DNA from: Narcine bancroftii
Taxonomy: Eukaryota
Length of the DNA: 64,000 nt
Assembly: GCF_036971445.1 (NCBI RefSeq)
Contig: NC_091473.1
Span: 211,730,001 to 211,794,000, forward strand
Direction: 5' to 3'
Under the pieces are notes generated by a model. That model had not been told where the DNA came from. It ran no database searches and worked only from the letters and a program-made list of their open reading frames with translations. The translations under genes were made by a program, and so were the position numbers. This document shows positions 1-13,443 of the stretch, piece after piece (positions within the stretch are counted from its first letter, which is position 1; each line of letters opens with the position of its first letter).

Positions 1-790
1 TGGATAGGCAAATGTGCATAGGTAACTCTAATGCATCAGACATTAATTACTCTAGACTTGACTCCTTATCACTAAACTAGAAGAGAATACCTTGGGGACC
101 ATAGAATATGTATAGATGCCATAGGAAAACCACATGGCATACCCAATGAATATGAGGTAAGAAATGAGATAGCTGCAGGTTTTGAGGCTTTCATCCCAGC
201 AACTGGAGTATCTAAGAATGCTGAATGGATTAACTATATTTATTATAACCAACAGAGATTTATCTATTATTCCAATTTTGCATTGAATGCCTTAGGAGAG
301 CAGGTCGATGCGACAACCAAGATGACATGGCAGAATTGATTGGCTTTGGACTGGTTAATGGCTGAAGAAGGAGGTGTCTGCATCATGTTTGGCAAGCAAT
401 GTTGTAACTTTATTCCTAACAGCACCACTCCAAATGGCTTTGTTACTCATGCTATGAATACATTTAAGACTCTGCAGCAAGAATTAAAGGACAATGCTGG
501 TTATGGCTACCAATTCTTAATTGGTTCCATATGAATTTTGGCCTTTGGGGTTCGTGGTTTACCAAGATTGTGTTGGTTGTAGTAGTAGTATTAGTAATTC
601 TCCTCTTGACCAGATGTTGCTTGTTGCCATTGATTAAGAAAGTTTTTTTTTGCTTGGGCAAGCCCAGCCGCCCTTATAATGCTGCAAAAGATGGAATCAG
701 TAGGGGTTGAGACTGGGCAGTGGGATGAGAAGGAGATACAGACTCAAATAGAACTGGAGCTTTGGGAAGCTGAGTGTCAGAGGCTGGGGA
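1..790 (+). pseudogene. env: Degenerate ERV env remnant (TM subunit)
   Basis: The frame of 112..534 reads IDAIGKPHGIPNEYEVRNEIAAGFE...NAEWINYIYYNQQRF...WQN*LALDWLMAEEGGVCIMFGKQCC: an immunosuppressive domain plus CX6CC, with an in-frame TGA at 337-339. A hydrophobic TM-like stretch follows at ~560-640. Confidence 0.85.
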
Positions 791-794
791 ATAT

Positions 795-1328
795 AGGGAG
801 GCTGTTCAGGAGTCATTAGGTTTCAGCCCTTTTGAAATTGTGTTTGGACATCAGGTTAGAGGACCTTTAATGTTGATAAAAGAACAGTGGGATAATGAAG
901 ATGTGCAGCTGAATTTGCTATATTATGTTTCTAAAATTAAGGATAAGTTACAAAAAGTGTGGACTTTGGCTCGAGAGAATTTAGAAACGGCTCAGGAAAA
1001 AATTGTGTTTATTTGACAAGAAAGCTCAAGTGAGGAATTTTAAGACAGGAAGTAAAGTTTTGATTTTCTAACACATGACAATCCTTTGAAAGCTAGATTT
1101 TCTGGACCATATGTAGTTATTACCTAAAGAGATCGAGAGTGATCAAGGATATAATTGATTTATGAGTTGGGAATAAAACAGATCACTTCATCTGCGTACC
1201 ATCCTGAAACTCAGGGGGCTTTGGAAAGATTTCATTCTACTCTTAAAAATATGATGAGAATTTATTGTCTGGAGAATGGAAAAGATTGGGATGAAGGTAT
1301 TCATTTATTGTTATTTGCAGCAAGGGAG
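795..1328 (+). mobile_element. Gypsy (Gmr1-like) integrase fragment, internally permuted
   Basis: 801-1119 encodes AVQESLGFSPFEIVFGHQVRGPL...ARFSGPYVV. 1120-1328 encodes LPKEIESDQG...SSAYHPETQGALERFHSTLK...LLFAARE. Confidence 0.8.
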
Positions 1329-2352
1329 ATAAGTAGTGAGGAAGGAGGGGGTTAAAAGCCAGTGAGAGCAGCCAGATTTTGCAGCATTCTAGTAAGGCAG
1401 GCAAGGCAATTCAAAGGGACCAATTAGCATGACTAAGTATAGGAATTTACTCTGAACCAATCAATGAGCAGGTCTGATAAGAGGCTGTCAATCTTCTGCA
1501 GCAATGGAATTTGTGCTACTAACTCAATAGGGTAAGAATGTATTGTGTAAACTTTATACTATTACTTCTAGGATGCTGCCTGCTACCATTGGTAAGAAGG
1601 ATGTTTTGGGCTCAAATTAATCCAGCTGACCCCATAATGCTGCAAAGAACGGAGGGAGATGAAGGTGAACCATGTAATATGGATGAGATAGAAAAACAAT
1701 TCAGACAGAAATTGTAGCAGAAGAGTTTCAGAGATTGGGAGAAATAGGGTCCTTGGAATGAGCATTGCAGTGTACACAGGATCAAATACAGGCAGGAGGG
1801 TTAGGGTATGAGCCATCCCAGAGGAATAGGAAACGGCACTAGGATCACTGAAGGAGACACCATTATGAGCTCCCTGTAAGTTTCCTTTTGCTGATGAGCC
1901 TTCGAGAGTGGACTTAGGGTACCCCAGGAGGTACCATAGTAGTTTTGCTTTGTGATCCTGTGTATGATGTGATAAAATCACAACAGGAGGGAATGAGGAA
2001 GTTGGCTAAACTGTAGTTAGAGCAAAAGGCTCTTATAGTGTAGTCAGGCTTTGCAACACGATGGGAAAACAGCAGGAGGAATAAATTAGCAAAAAGATGA
2101 CACTCAAAATACGTCAGAGCAATGAAGGTTGCAGCAGAATCTGAAAGAACAATAGAGCATTTGTTGATATGCTCCTGCACTGATTAGCCCCGAGACTTCG
2201 CAGATGCGAGAAACTAGCTACTAGTATTGATAAGCTGCGGTCTTATGATTGGGGAAATATTATACAGCAAGCGTAATAACTTAGAGATACTTGATATATA
2301 TGCGAGGAACTAATCATTGGATATTAAAAGATAAGGTCTTTTATGATTAGTG

Positions 2353-2608
2353 TGTGGTGGCACACTCTCTCGTGGTGAACTGGCTCCACTTGGCGGGGCA
2401 GCCATAAGAAGAGGGCACTGTTGGGGGTCCTCCTTACCCCGTGGTTCCAGCCCAGCACGCACCTCAGGCAACCATTATGACGTCACCGCTCATGCAGTGG
2501 CCGAGCTCACTCTGCCCTTATAGGGGCACGCGTGGGATTTGAATAAAACAGTTGTTTAGAGCATCCAAGGTTGTGGCTGTGAGTTTCTTTGCTGTAGCTC
2601 CCACTTCA
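2353..2608 (+). repeat. Gypsy 5' LTR
   Basis: TG...CA ends, AATAAA at ~2542, homologous to 6285-6533/8110-8140. Confidence 0.88.
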
Positions 2609-2651
2609 TTGGTGACCCCGATGAGCCCAGATGGTTTTTTGGTCTCCCAAC

Positions 2652-5600
2652 ATGGATCCAGCTGAGATCAATGCCGTGGCTGTGAAACGGCCCCCCTCTG
2701 GACCCATCACCCGCGTACATTGTTCGGGCAGGCAGAGGCACAGTTTCACCTCAGGAACATCTCCACAGACACCACGATGTTTTACCATGTTGTGAGCATG
2801 CTAGACGAGGAGACAGCAGCCAGGGTGGACAATCTCATCCACAACCCACCAGCTGCCAGATATTATAACGCTGCCCTCAAAAATCTCCTTCTGGGCACCT
2901 TCGATCTCTCCCCACAACAGTGTGCCTCCAGACTCCTGCATCTGGATGGCCTGGGATACCAAATGACATCGGCCCTCATGGATGACATGCTGGCACTGGT
3001 GGAGGATCACAAGCCCTGTTCCTTGTTCCACCAGATCTTCCTGGAGCAGATGCCTGAGGACATTCATCTCCTGCTGGCGGACAAAGACTTCAGTGACCCA
3101 CGGCGAGTCACGGCCCGAGCAGACATCCTCTGGCGCACCAAGAGAGAGTGAAGCCGCCCTCAGCCTGGTCACCCGTCCAGGAGCCAGCCGGTCATAGCCT
3201 CCCCCCCCCCCCCCCAAGCATAAGCCAGAGGAGCACCACCCCACTTGGTACCTCTATCATCAACACTGGGGTCACAAGCTCCCAAGTGCAGGCTACCCTG
3301 TACCTACACGGGAAACGACTCGGCCAGCCGCCGTTGCTGGCTGTGGCAGCTGGTCATGTGAATAGCCTCCAGCAGATGACCGATAAGTCCACCAGCCAGC
3401 ATTTCCTTGTGCACACTGGAGCGGAACTGAGTGTCTTGCCCTCGACCGCCCTCGAGACCCGCACCTGACCTCATGGTCCTACCCTGTGTGCAGCCAACAG
3501 TTCTGCCGTCAAAACTTTCGGAACCCGTAGGGCATAGATCCAGATTAGGAAAGATAAATTCCGGTGGAAGTTCATGCTGGCCTGAGTGGGTATTGCGGTC
3601 TTAGGGTCCAACTTCCTCAAGGCACATGGCCTGCTGGAAGACATGGGCAGAACCCTGCATGTTCCACTCGGTTTACCTCGATTCTACAGACTCCTCCAAG
3701 CCCAAAATAGCCATCACCACCAGGGACGGGTTTTTCAGCATACTCCAGGAGTTCCTCTCCATCCTGCAGCCCCAGTTCACCGCCGCCTTCCCCCAGCACA
3801 GGGTCTACCACCATATCTCTACGCAAGACCCCCCACTGCATGCCAAGCCTCGACGACTTCTGCCTGAGAAGCTGCAGTTAGCCAAGGAGGTGTTTTCCCA
3901 CCTACAAGAGTTGGGTATCGTCCACCACTCTGACAGCCCCTGGGCATCCCCTCTTCACATGGTCCTCAAATCTTCCAGAGGCTGGCAACCCTGCGGGAAT
4001 TATCGGCGCTTGAATGACACGACTACGCTGGACAGGTTCCCAATCCCTCACAACCAGGACTTTACAGCCAACCTCCACGGTGCCCAGGTCTTCTCGAAAG
4101 TCAACCTGGTTCGGGGCTATCATCAAATCCCAGTCCACCCCGAGGACATTGGTAAGATGGCGATCATCACCTCGTTTGGCCTTTTCGAAATCTTGCACAT
4201 GCCCTTCAGACTTAAAAACGTGGCCCAGACTTTCCAACGCCTCATGGACACAATGGGCAGGAACCTGGACTTTGTGTTTACATACCTCAATGACATCCTG
4301 ATCGCCAGTCGCACAAGGCCCATCGCCACACCCTGTTTGCCCGCCTGGCAGAATTCACCCTCACAGTCAACGTGGCCAAGTGCCAGTTTGGCAAGCACAC
4401 GCTGCAGTTCCTGAAACACACCATCAAGGCAGCAGGAGCTTCCCCGGCGCCAGAAAAAGTCACGGCCATACGGCAGTTCCCCAAACCCACCACCTTCAAG
4501 GGCTTGCAAGAATTTGAAGGAATGGTGAACTTTTATTATTGTTTCATCCCTGGTGCCACCAGCATCAGGCGGCCACTGTTCTCATTGATCACCGCTAAAG
4601 ACAAAGCCCTGGTTTGGTCTGAAGAGGCAGAGGGTGCTATTGCGGCCACAAAGTACGCACTGACCAGCACCATCTTATTAGTTCACCCACGCCCAGAGGC
4701 ACACATCGCGCTCTCAGTAGACGTCTCAGCCACAGCCATTGGGGCCGTACTCGAGCAGTGGCTCGACGGACAGTGGCACCCGCTGGCCTCCTTTAGCAGG
4801 CACCTTCGACCGCTGGAGCTCAAGTACAGTGCCTTTGACCGGGAGCTCCTGGCCATACTTAGCCATCCGGCACTTCTGGTACTTCCTGGAGGGCAGGCCA
4901 TTCACTGTGTTCACTGACCACAAGCCTCTCATGCAGGCCCTCGCGATGGCCAAGGATCCGTGGTTGGCCCACCAGCAACGCCATCTCTCCTATGTGTCGG
5001 AGTTCACCACCGATATCTGGCACAGGGCAGGTAGAGACAACGTCGTGGTGGACGCACTTTCCTGACCAGCAATCAACACCCTTGCCCCTGGCCTCAACTT
5101 CATCCAACTGGCGCAGGCACAGAGGGAAGACGCAGAGACGCAAGCCCTCCATACTGCCATTTCGGGGCTCCGCCTCCAGGACATTCAGTTGCCAAACAGC
5201 CCAGACACTCTGCTCTGCGATGTTTCCACTGGTTTACCGCGCCCGGTAGTCCCGCCGCAGTGGAGGTTGCAGGCCTTTGACACGGTCCATGATCTGGCAC
5301 ACCCCTCGGTGAAGGCATCAGTTTGAATAGTGGTGAAGCAGTTCATGTGGCACAGGCTGAAGAAGGAGGAAGCTGAGATGGCGAGGAGCTGCACTCAGTG
5401 CCAGGCCTCCAAGGTCCACTGGCATACGCAGGCCCCAATTCAGCAGTTCGACCCAGCAGTCAAAAGGTTCCAACACATACATGTTGACATCGTGGGCCCC
5501 CTGCCGGTGTCCAGGGACACCTGCTTATGGAGGTCAACCGTACTACAAGATGGCCGGAAGCCATTCCCATCAAGGAGGATTGGCCACCCACTGGATCACC

Positions 5601-6263
5601 AGGTTCGGATTTTTGGTGCACATCACCAGTGACAGGGGCACCCAGTTCAGTGAACCTACTGGGGGTTAAACTCCACCATACCACGGCTTATCACCCGCAA
5701 GCAAATGGTCTGGTGGAGAAATTTCACCGCCACCTGAAGTCAGCCCTCATGGCTCACCTCACAGGTCCTGGTTGGGCAAACGAACTACCCTGGGTCCTCC
5801 TTTGCATCAGAACAGCACCCAAGGAGGATCTACAGGCATCATCTGCAGAGCTTGTGTACAGCGTGCCACTCTCTGGTGAGTTCTTTGGCCTGGAATCCGA
5901 CTCTATGATTAAGCATGCGAACCTATTGGTGGATCTATGCAGCAAGCTCGCCTCGCTAACCCCCCCCCCCCCCATCCTCCTACACATCACGGCACCCGAC
6001 CAGCCCGCCTTCCCAAAGAGCGGAACTCGGTGGAATTCATTTTCATTTGGCGCAGACTGCACACTGCATCTTTGCAGCACCCTTATGAGGGCCCATTCGA
6101 GGTCCTCCAGTGGTCCGGCAAGACTTTTACATTAGAAATTGGGGGGGAAAAATGAACTGTTCACAGTAGACCGGCTAAAGGCAGCACATTTGGACCTCTC
6201 ACAACTGGTTCAAATGGCTAAGTCCAAGCACCAAGACCATCCGCCCAAGCAGCGGGATGCATA
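2652..6263 (+). pseudogene. gag-pol: Gypsy gag-pol, multiply frameshifted
   Basis: ORF pieces 2720-3151, 3148-3468, 3626-4414, 4372-4917, 4739-5065, 5330-5632 and 5527-6135 lie in PR-RT-RH-IN order. Catalytic motifs are mutated (DTG>HTG, YLDD>YLND). Confidence 0.9.
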
Positions 6264-6533
6264 ATCTGGTTCTGCGGGAGGTTGTCTGGCAGTGCACTCT
6301 CTCATGGCGAACCAGCCCCACTTGTACCATTGAGTGGTGGGGCAGTCATAAGAAGAGGGTGTTGTCGGGGGTTCTCCTTACACCATGGTTCCAGACCAGT
6401 GTGCGCCTCAGGCAGCTGTTATGACATCACCGCTCATGCAGTGGCCGAGTTTACACTGGCCTTAAAGTGGCGCGCACGGGATTTTAATAAAACAGTCGTT
6501 GAGAGCATCCAAGGTGGTGGCTGTGAGTTTTTT

Positions 6534-8109
6534 CCTTTCCTTTTCCAATCTTTTTATTATTATTATAATTTATAAACACATACAGTTCAAAGAGATATGA
6601 AAAATACATAGTAAATAACGAATTGATACAGAGATATTAAACAATAATATTGCAGAATAAAAATATATCATAAAAAAATTTTAGATCAGTTTAGAGTATG
6701 AACTATCTCTAAAAAAAAATATAATTAATAAAAATATATTAAAAAAAAGAGAGAAAAAAAAAACCCCAAAAAGGAAGAAAAAACAAATCTGAATTAAAAA
6801 CTAAAAAAAAATACCTACAGATATAGCTAAACCACGCCGATCATTCCGATCTCATCTAACAGCCCAATTATCATACATAATCATAAAAAGAAAACAGAGC
6901 CAGATCAACTCACCACAAATGAAAATATTGAATAAATGGTCGCCAGGTTAACTCAAACTTAGAAGGGGATTCATAGACAGAGTTTCTAATTTTCTCTAAA
7001 TTTAAACATAGTATAGTTTGGGTAAACCATTGGAAAACAGTGGGAGGATTAACCTCTTTCCAATTCAATAGTATAGATCTTCTAGCCATTAGTGTAAGAA
7101 AATCAATCATACGATCCACAGGAAGAGATAAATAAGTCAAATCTATCATAGGTAATCCAAAAATTGCAGTAATGGGATGTGGTTGTAAATCAATATTCAA
7201 AACGGTAGATATAATGGAAAAAATTTCCTTCCAATAATTATGTAAAGAGGGACAGGGCCAAAACATATGTGTAAGGGAAGCTATTTCCAATTGACATTTA
7301 TCACATATAGGATCGATATGAAAATAAAAGCGATGGAGTTTATCTTTAGACATATGAGCTCTATGAACAACTTTAAACTGTATCAGTGAATGTTTTGCAC
7401 ATAGAGAAGAGGAGTTTACCAGTCGCAGAATTTTATTCCAATTTTCATTGGAAATATGAAGGTTGAGTTCTCTTTCCCAATCATTTTTAAACTTTCCAAA
7501 AGTCCCAGAATTTATTTTTGTAATTATATTATATAATTTAGATATCACACCTTTTGGAGGGAATTTTGAATATAGTATATCCTCTAAAACAGTCGTAGTC
7601 TCCCGATTGGGAAAAGAGGGTAAAGTCGAAACTAAGAAACTCCTAATCTGCAAATATCGAAAGAAATGAGATCTAGGTAAATCATATTTCATGGATAATT
7701 GTTCAAATGACATGAAAGAGTTATCCAAGAATAAATCCGAAAAGCATGTTATACCTTTAACTTTCCAGAGTAAATAAGCTTGATCAATTAGAGAGGGATG
7801 AAAAAAGAAATTTAGTACAATAGGGGTTTCCAAGATAAAATGACTTAGGCCAAAAAATCTCCGGAATTGAAACCAAATACGTAGTGTATGTTTAGCCATT
7901 GGATTATCAATTAGTTTATATAGTTTAGTAAGAGTAAAAGGGAGAGCAGCTCCCAAAATAGAACTAATTGAGAAATTTTGTACCAGTTTAATTTCTAAAT
8001 TTACCCAATGGGGATTTAGAGATAATTCTGAATAATTCAACCAATACCTTAAGTAACTAATATTAATTGCCCAATAATAAATTCTAAAGTTGGGTAATGC
8101 CAATCCTCC
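6534..8109 (-). mobile_element. 5'-truncated LINE-1 (ORF2 C-terminus 8109-6910 plus 3' UTR)
   Basis: GGLALPNFRIYYWA...CDKCQLEIASLTHMFWPC (CCHC)...WRPFI, open to the stop. 13-bp TSD ctgtgagtttttt at 6521-6533 and 8110-8122. Confidence 0.93.
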
Positions 8110-8344
8110 CTGTGAGTTTTTTGCTGTAGCTCCCATTACAGGTGTAACATTATTCAGTATGCTACGGATCAGGATAAAAAAAATAATGTATTGTAGTTGT
8201 TTGGGGGAGACACTTTTGTCACTGATTTCTGAATGGCATTTCAGTAGTAGCAATGAATGAAAGTAACCCAATCTGTAGATTAAAGAATGATCCAACCAAG
8301 ACTGTAGTTGGAGTCAGTCATTTTGTGTGAGCACCCTGTGGACC

Positions 8345-11300
8345 CAGAATCCACACCAGTACCTGTTGGCTAGAGGCATAGCTACTAATAGGACCACAAG
8401 CTATAACCCCAGGGGAAATGGACAGGTGGAGCTAGAAATGCCATAATTTGGAAGGCGATTCTCGGCCAGCGCGGAACGGCTCAGTGAGTGGCGAAAGCAG
8501 GCAAGGAGAAAAGGTCAGCTGAGTTATTTGCCTTCGTATTCAGTCATGCCAATAGGGTGAAGTGCTCTGTACTGGGTGTCAGATGTGGGAACAATGGGTG
8601 ACCTCCACCCTCTCAAATGGCCACATCTGCACCAGGTGTACTGAGATGCAGTTACTAAGGGACCGAATTAGGGATATGGAGTTGCAGATTGATGACCTGA
8701 GGCTTGTAAGGGAGAGTGAGGAGTTGATCGACTCAACTTTCAGGGCGATAAATACTCCAGAACCCGTGTCAGGTAAGTGGGAAACCATCGGGGGGGGGGG
8801 GGGGGGGGGGGGGGGTGGAAACAAAGCGAGAAAAACGGAAAGCACACCAGCAACAGTTTTGTTGTGTTGGATTCTGTAGAGGGAGATGACCGGACAGAAG
8901 ATGGCCATGGGCACCAGGCCAATGGCAATGAGCCTGGCAGAGTGGTGCAAAAGAAAAGGAAAAGGAGAAATGCAGTAGTTATTGAGGACTCCATTGTCAG
9001 GAGTACAGACAGGAGGTTCTGTGAGCCAGGTAAGTATACCCGCATGATGTGCTGCCTCCCTGGTGCAAGGGTACGAGATATCACAAATCGGGTCCAAAAT
9101 ATTCCGAGAGGAGAGGAAGAGCAGCCTTAAGTCTTGGTACATGTGGGTACAAACAACATTGACAAGAAAAGGGAGGAGGTAATGAAAATGGATTACAGTG
9201 AGCTGGGACGAAAGCTGAAAGACAGGAACGCTAGGGTGGTGATCTCAGGATTACTACCTGTTCCAAATGCAAGTAATGAAAAGAATGTAAGGATAAGGAA
9301 AATGAACGTGTGGTTGAGGTGCTGGTGTACTGGGCAAGGATTTGGCTTCTTGGATCATTAGGATCTCTTTTGGGGAAGGCATGATCCTTACAAGAGGGAC
9401 GGGTTGCACCTAAATCCAAAAGGTGTAAACATTTTGGCAAGTATGTTTGGTACAGCAGTGGGCCAAGGTTTAAACTAATTTGGCAGGGATATGGGAACCA
9501 GAATGATAGGGAAAAGGGTAGGGAAGATAAAGTAATGGCCATGAAAAGTAAAATAGGAAAAGTAATGTTGGGAGGAGAAAGTAAAAAATCAGATGGTGCA
9601 GTGAGTTTTCGGGTCAATGATAGTGTTAAGAAAATTACAAAGAAAAATAGTGGGCAGAAAAATCAAAAGAAAAGGTTACAGAAGTCACTAGATATTAAAA
9701 GGACAAAGAGCATAAGGGCACTTTATCTGAATCCCCGCAGTATTAGAAATAAAGTTAGTGAACTTGAGGCGCAAATCGGTACCCATGCCTATGATTTGGT
9801 AGCCATCACGGAAACATGGCTACAAGGTGACCCTAAATGGGAATTAAACTTTCAAGGGTATCAGGTGGTGCAAAGACATAGACAGGATGGTAAGGGAGGT
9901 GGAGTTGCACTCTTAATCAAAGATGAGCTCCAGGCAGTAGTGAGGGTTGATATAAGATCTAAAGAGCATAATGTTGAGTCCATTTGCGTAGAGATAAAGA
10001 AAAACAAAAGGAAAAAATTATTGGTGGGTGTTATCTATTGCCCACCAAATAACAATAGTTTAGTGGCACAGGAAATAAATAGAGAGATAAGTGAGGCATG
10101 TAATAATGATACGGCAGTAGTCATGGGGGACTTTAACTTCCACATCGATTGGGAAAATCAAGTTGGTCGTGGGAGTTTGGAAGAGGACTTCATAGAATGC
10201 ATCCGCGATAGCTTTCTTGAGCAGCATGTTAAGGAACCCACAAGAGAAAATGCTCTCCTGGATCTAGTGTTGTGCAATGAGATAAGTAGAGTAAATGATG
10301 TAATAATCAGAGACCATCTGGGAAATAGCGATCATAGTATGATTGAATTTCTCATTCAGATGGAAGGGGAAATAGTTAGATCTAAAACTGATATATTATG
10401 CTTAAACAGGGGTGACTACCATAGGATGAGGGAGGAACTGGGCAGAGTGGACTGGAAGCAAAGGCTAATTGATGAAACAGTTGAGTAACAGTGGAAGATT
10501 TTCAAATAAATATTTTGTAATGCTCAACAAAAATATATTCCGGTCAGGAAAAAGGGCAGCAAGGGAGGGAAAAATTAACCGTGGTTAACAAAGGAAATAA
10601 AGGAGAGTATAAAATTGAAGGCGCAAGTGTACAAATCTGCAATTAACAGTGGGAAACTGGAAGATTGGGATAACTTTGAGACAACAAGGGGTTACAAAGC
10701 GGGTAATAAGAAATGGGAAAAAGGATTATGAAAGTAAATTGGCACAAAATATAAAAACAGAAAGCAAAAATTTTACAAATATATAAAATGGAAGAGGGTG
10801 GCCAGAGTTAAAATAGGACCCTTGGAAGATAAGAAAGGAAAACTGGTAGCAAAACATGAGGAAATGACCGAGGCATTGAACAAATATTTTGTGTCAGTCT
10901 TCACGGTGGAAGACACGTCCAGCGTGCCCAAGTGCAGAGTTAAGGATGTGAATGTTGGGGAGGGCCTTGATAAAATAGTTGTTACAAAAGAAGTAGTGAT
11001 GGAGAAACGAATGGGACTAAAGCCAGACAAATCACCTGGTCCTGATGATATGCATCCAAGGCTTCTGAAGGAAATGGCAGAAGTTATAGTTGATGCATTG
11101 GTGGTCATATACCAAAATTCTTTGGATTCTGGGCAGGTCCCAGCAGACTGGAAGACAGTAAATGTCATGCCACTTTTTTTAAGAAGGGATGTAGGCAGAA
11201 GACTGGAAATTATCGGCCAATTGGCTTGACGTCTGTAGTTGGAAAAATGCTTGAAGACGTCATTAAAGATGAAATAGTGAAACTTTTGGAACATAAGGAT

Positions 11301-13443
11301 TCAATCAGGCAGACGCAGCACGGTTTTAGAAAGGGAAGATCTTGTTAGGATTCTTTGAGGATATAATGGGTGTGGTGGATAGAGGGGAACAGGTTGATGT
11401 TGTATATTTGGATTTCCAGAAGGCATTTGATAAGGTGCCGCACAAGAGACTTATCAGTAAGTTACAGGAAAGTGCAGTCCGGGGAAGTATATTGGCATGG
11501 ATTAAAAACTGGTTGTCTGACAGGAAGCAGAGAGTCGGGATAAGTGGGAGTTTTTCAGGTTGGCAGAGAGTGGTAAGTGGGGTACCACAGGGGTCGGTGC
11601 TTGGCCCACAACTGTTCATCATTTATATTGATGACTTGGAGGAGGGGACCAAATGTGGTGTAGCCAAGTTTGTGGATGACACCAAACTGAGTTGAAGAGC
11701 AAATTGTAATGAGGATGTGGAGAGTCTGCAGAGGGATATAGTTAAGCTGGATGAGTGGGCAAAGGTCTGACAGATGGAGTACAATGTTAGTAAGTGTGAG
11801 GTTATCCACTTTGGCAAGAAAAATAAAAGAGCTGAATATTATTTAAAGGGTAAAAAACTACAGCATGCTGTTGTGCAGAGGGATTTGGGAGTGCTTGTGC
11901 ATGAATCGTAAAAAGTTAGGTTGCAGGTGCAGCAGGTTATTAAGAAGGCAAATGGAATGTTGGCCTTCATCGCTAGAGGAATTGAATTTAGGAGTAGGGA
12001 GGTAATGTTGCAACTGTATAAGGTACTAGTGAGACTGCACCTAGAGTACTGTGTCCAGTTCTGGTCTCCATATTTGAGGAAGGATATACTGGCTTTGGAG
12101 ACGGTCCAGAGGAGGTTTACTAAGGTTGATCCCTGGGATGAAGGGGTTGACTTATGATGAAAGATCAAATCATCTAGGATTGTATTCGCTCGAGTTCAGA
12201 AGAATGAGAGGAGATCTTATAGAAACATATAGGATTATGAAGGGTATGGATAGGATAGATGTAGGAAGGTTTTTTGAGCTGGCCGGGGAAACTAAAACGA
12301 GACGACACAGTCTCAAGATTCGGGGGAGTAGATTTAGGACAGAGATGAGGAAAAATAGTTTTTCCCAGAGAGTAGTGAATGTTTGGAATTCTCTAACCAG
12401 GGAAGTGGTTGAGGCTTCTTCATCAGACATATTTATGTTTCGGTTAGATAAATTTTTAGATGATAGAGGAATTAGGGGATATGGGGAGAAGGCAGGTAGG
12501 TGGAGTTAGGTCATAAATGATCATAAGCCATGATCTTATTGAATGGTGGAGCAGGCTGGATGGGCCATTTTTGGCCTACTCCTGTTCCTACTTCCTATAT
12601 CCCTTAAGTGCAGTGGTGTCTCACTGTCAGGAAGTCCTGCCAGAGGCACTCCATGCCATCCGATCTCTCCTATGCACTGCTACAAATATGACTCTAAATA
12701 AATGCATTTTTTCCTTCCCCAGGAGGTCGATGACCGGAACCACTCTGCCTCTCATCTCCGAGACCCATTCTACTGAGGAAACACACGAAGGCCCATAAGA
12801 CCGACCCATTGTTGGAAGTGCAAATCCACAATACACTTACGTGCAGTATCCCAATGACCATGGCGACACAGTCCCTGTCCGGGTCCTAGCATATGCTGGA
12901 GACACCCACCCACCCCCATCCCTGACCACCATAGACACACACGTCATCCCCTCAGGGATGGTGCAGGCTAACGACATATCCTGGGCACCCCGACCACCTG
13001 CCCGGGACCCTCACACAGCTGAGCTGACCACCACAACTGCCCACACAGAAAATCAAACACCACCCGCTATGGCAAAAACCTTGCCCTCCACCCCACCTCA
13101 AGACACACGACCAGCTACGGATTCTACCAGTACACCCCCGGTGGTGCTGCACAGGTCACAGAGGCAGAGGAAGCCACCTGACAAGTGGAACATTTAGGAC
13201 TGGGTTTTGTTTTTTAAAAAGAAGTGAATGGAGTGATATTTACATACTCTGATGTGCTGTCCTGTGTATAAGTGGCTGGGCCGCCCACTGATGAATCAAT
13301 CCCCTGTAAACCCTTCCCCTGTGACCTGACGATATAGGTCCACCTCCCTACCCCCTTCCATTCATTCCAGTACATGGAGATGGCACAGCTGATATCTAAT
13401 GCCTGTCGTTCCTTCCTTGGTCTTTGGAGTCAATTGCGTATCA
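8345..13443 (+). mobile_element. Second Gypsy remnant (integrase 3' part and probable 3' LTR ~13229-13443) split by a CR1
   Basis: 8350-8460 HQYLLARGIATNRTTSYNPRGNGQVE continues at ~12615 QEVLPEALHAIRSLLCTATN...ANPQYTYVQYP...RSQRQRKPPDKWNI*. A purine tract at ~13216-13228 follows. Confidence 0.75.
8462..12598 (+). mobile_element. Near full-length CR1 LINE (degenerate)
   Basis: ORF1 zinc finger/leucine zipper (CTGC...CTRC) and SGNH-esterase motifs (EDSIVR, HVGTNN, DGLHLN). ORF2 APE endonuclease (AITETWL, MGDFN, SDH) and RT (KSPGPD, YLDFQKAFD, GVPQGSVLGP, FVDD). CR1-type 3' end. Many stops. Confidence 0.93.

Larger units (their letters stand above)
2353..8140 (+). mobile_element. Ty3/Gypsy LTR retrotransposon, full length but degenerate, 3' LTR split by an L1
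   Basis: 5' LTR 2353-2608; 3' LTR 6285-6533 plus 8110-8140. Flanks agtg/ggtg (4-bp TSD, 1 mismatch). PBS tggtgaccccga at 2610 (tRNA-Trp type). Frameshifted gag (AEAQFHLRNIST), PR (FLVHTGAELS), RT (YLNDILIAS), RNase H (DVSATAIGAVL) and IN (TTAYHPQANGLVE). Confidence 0.93.

Noticed and set aside
1330-2350. Possible ERV LTR or gag relic
   Set aside because: Composition is suggestive, but no diagnostic motif or boundary could be read.
6910-8295. 461-aa ORF as a host gene
   Set aside because: Residues from GGLALPNF onward are L1 ORF2; the first ~60 codons are chance read-through of LTR and flank beyond the TSD.
8790-8815. G26 run as a functional G-quadruplex or poly-Gly segment
   Set aside because: It is a homopolymer inside a dead CR1 ORF1; its length is unreliable and it shifts the frame.
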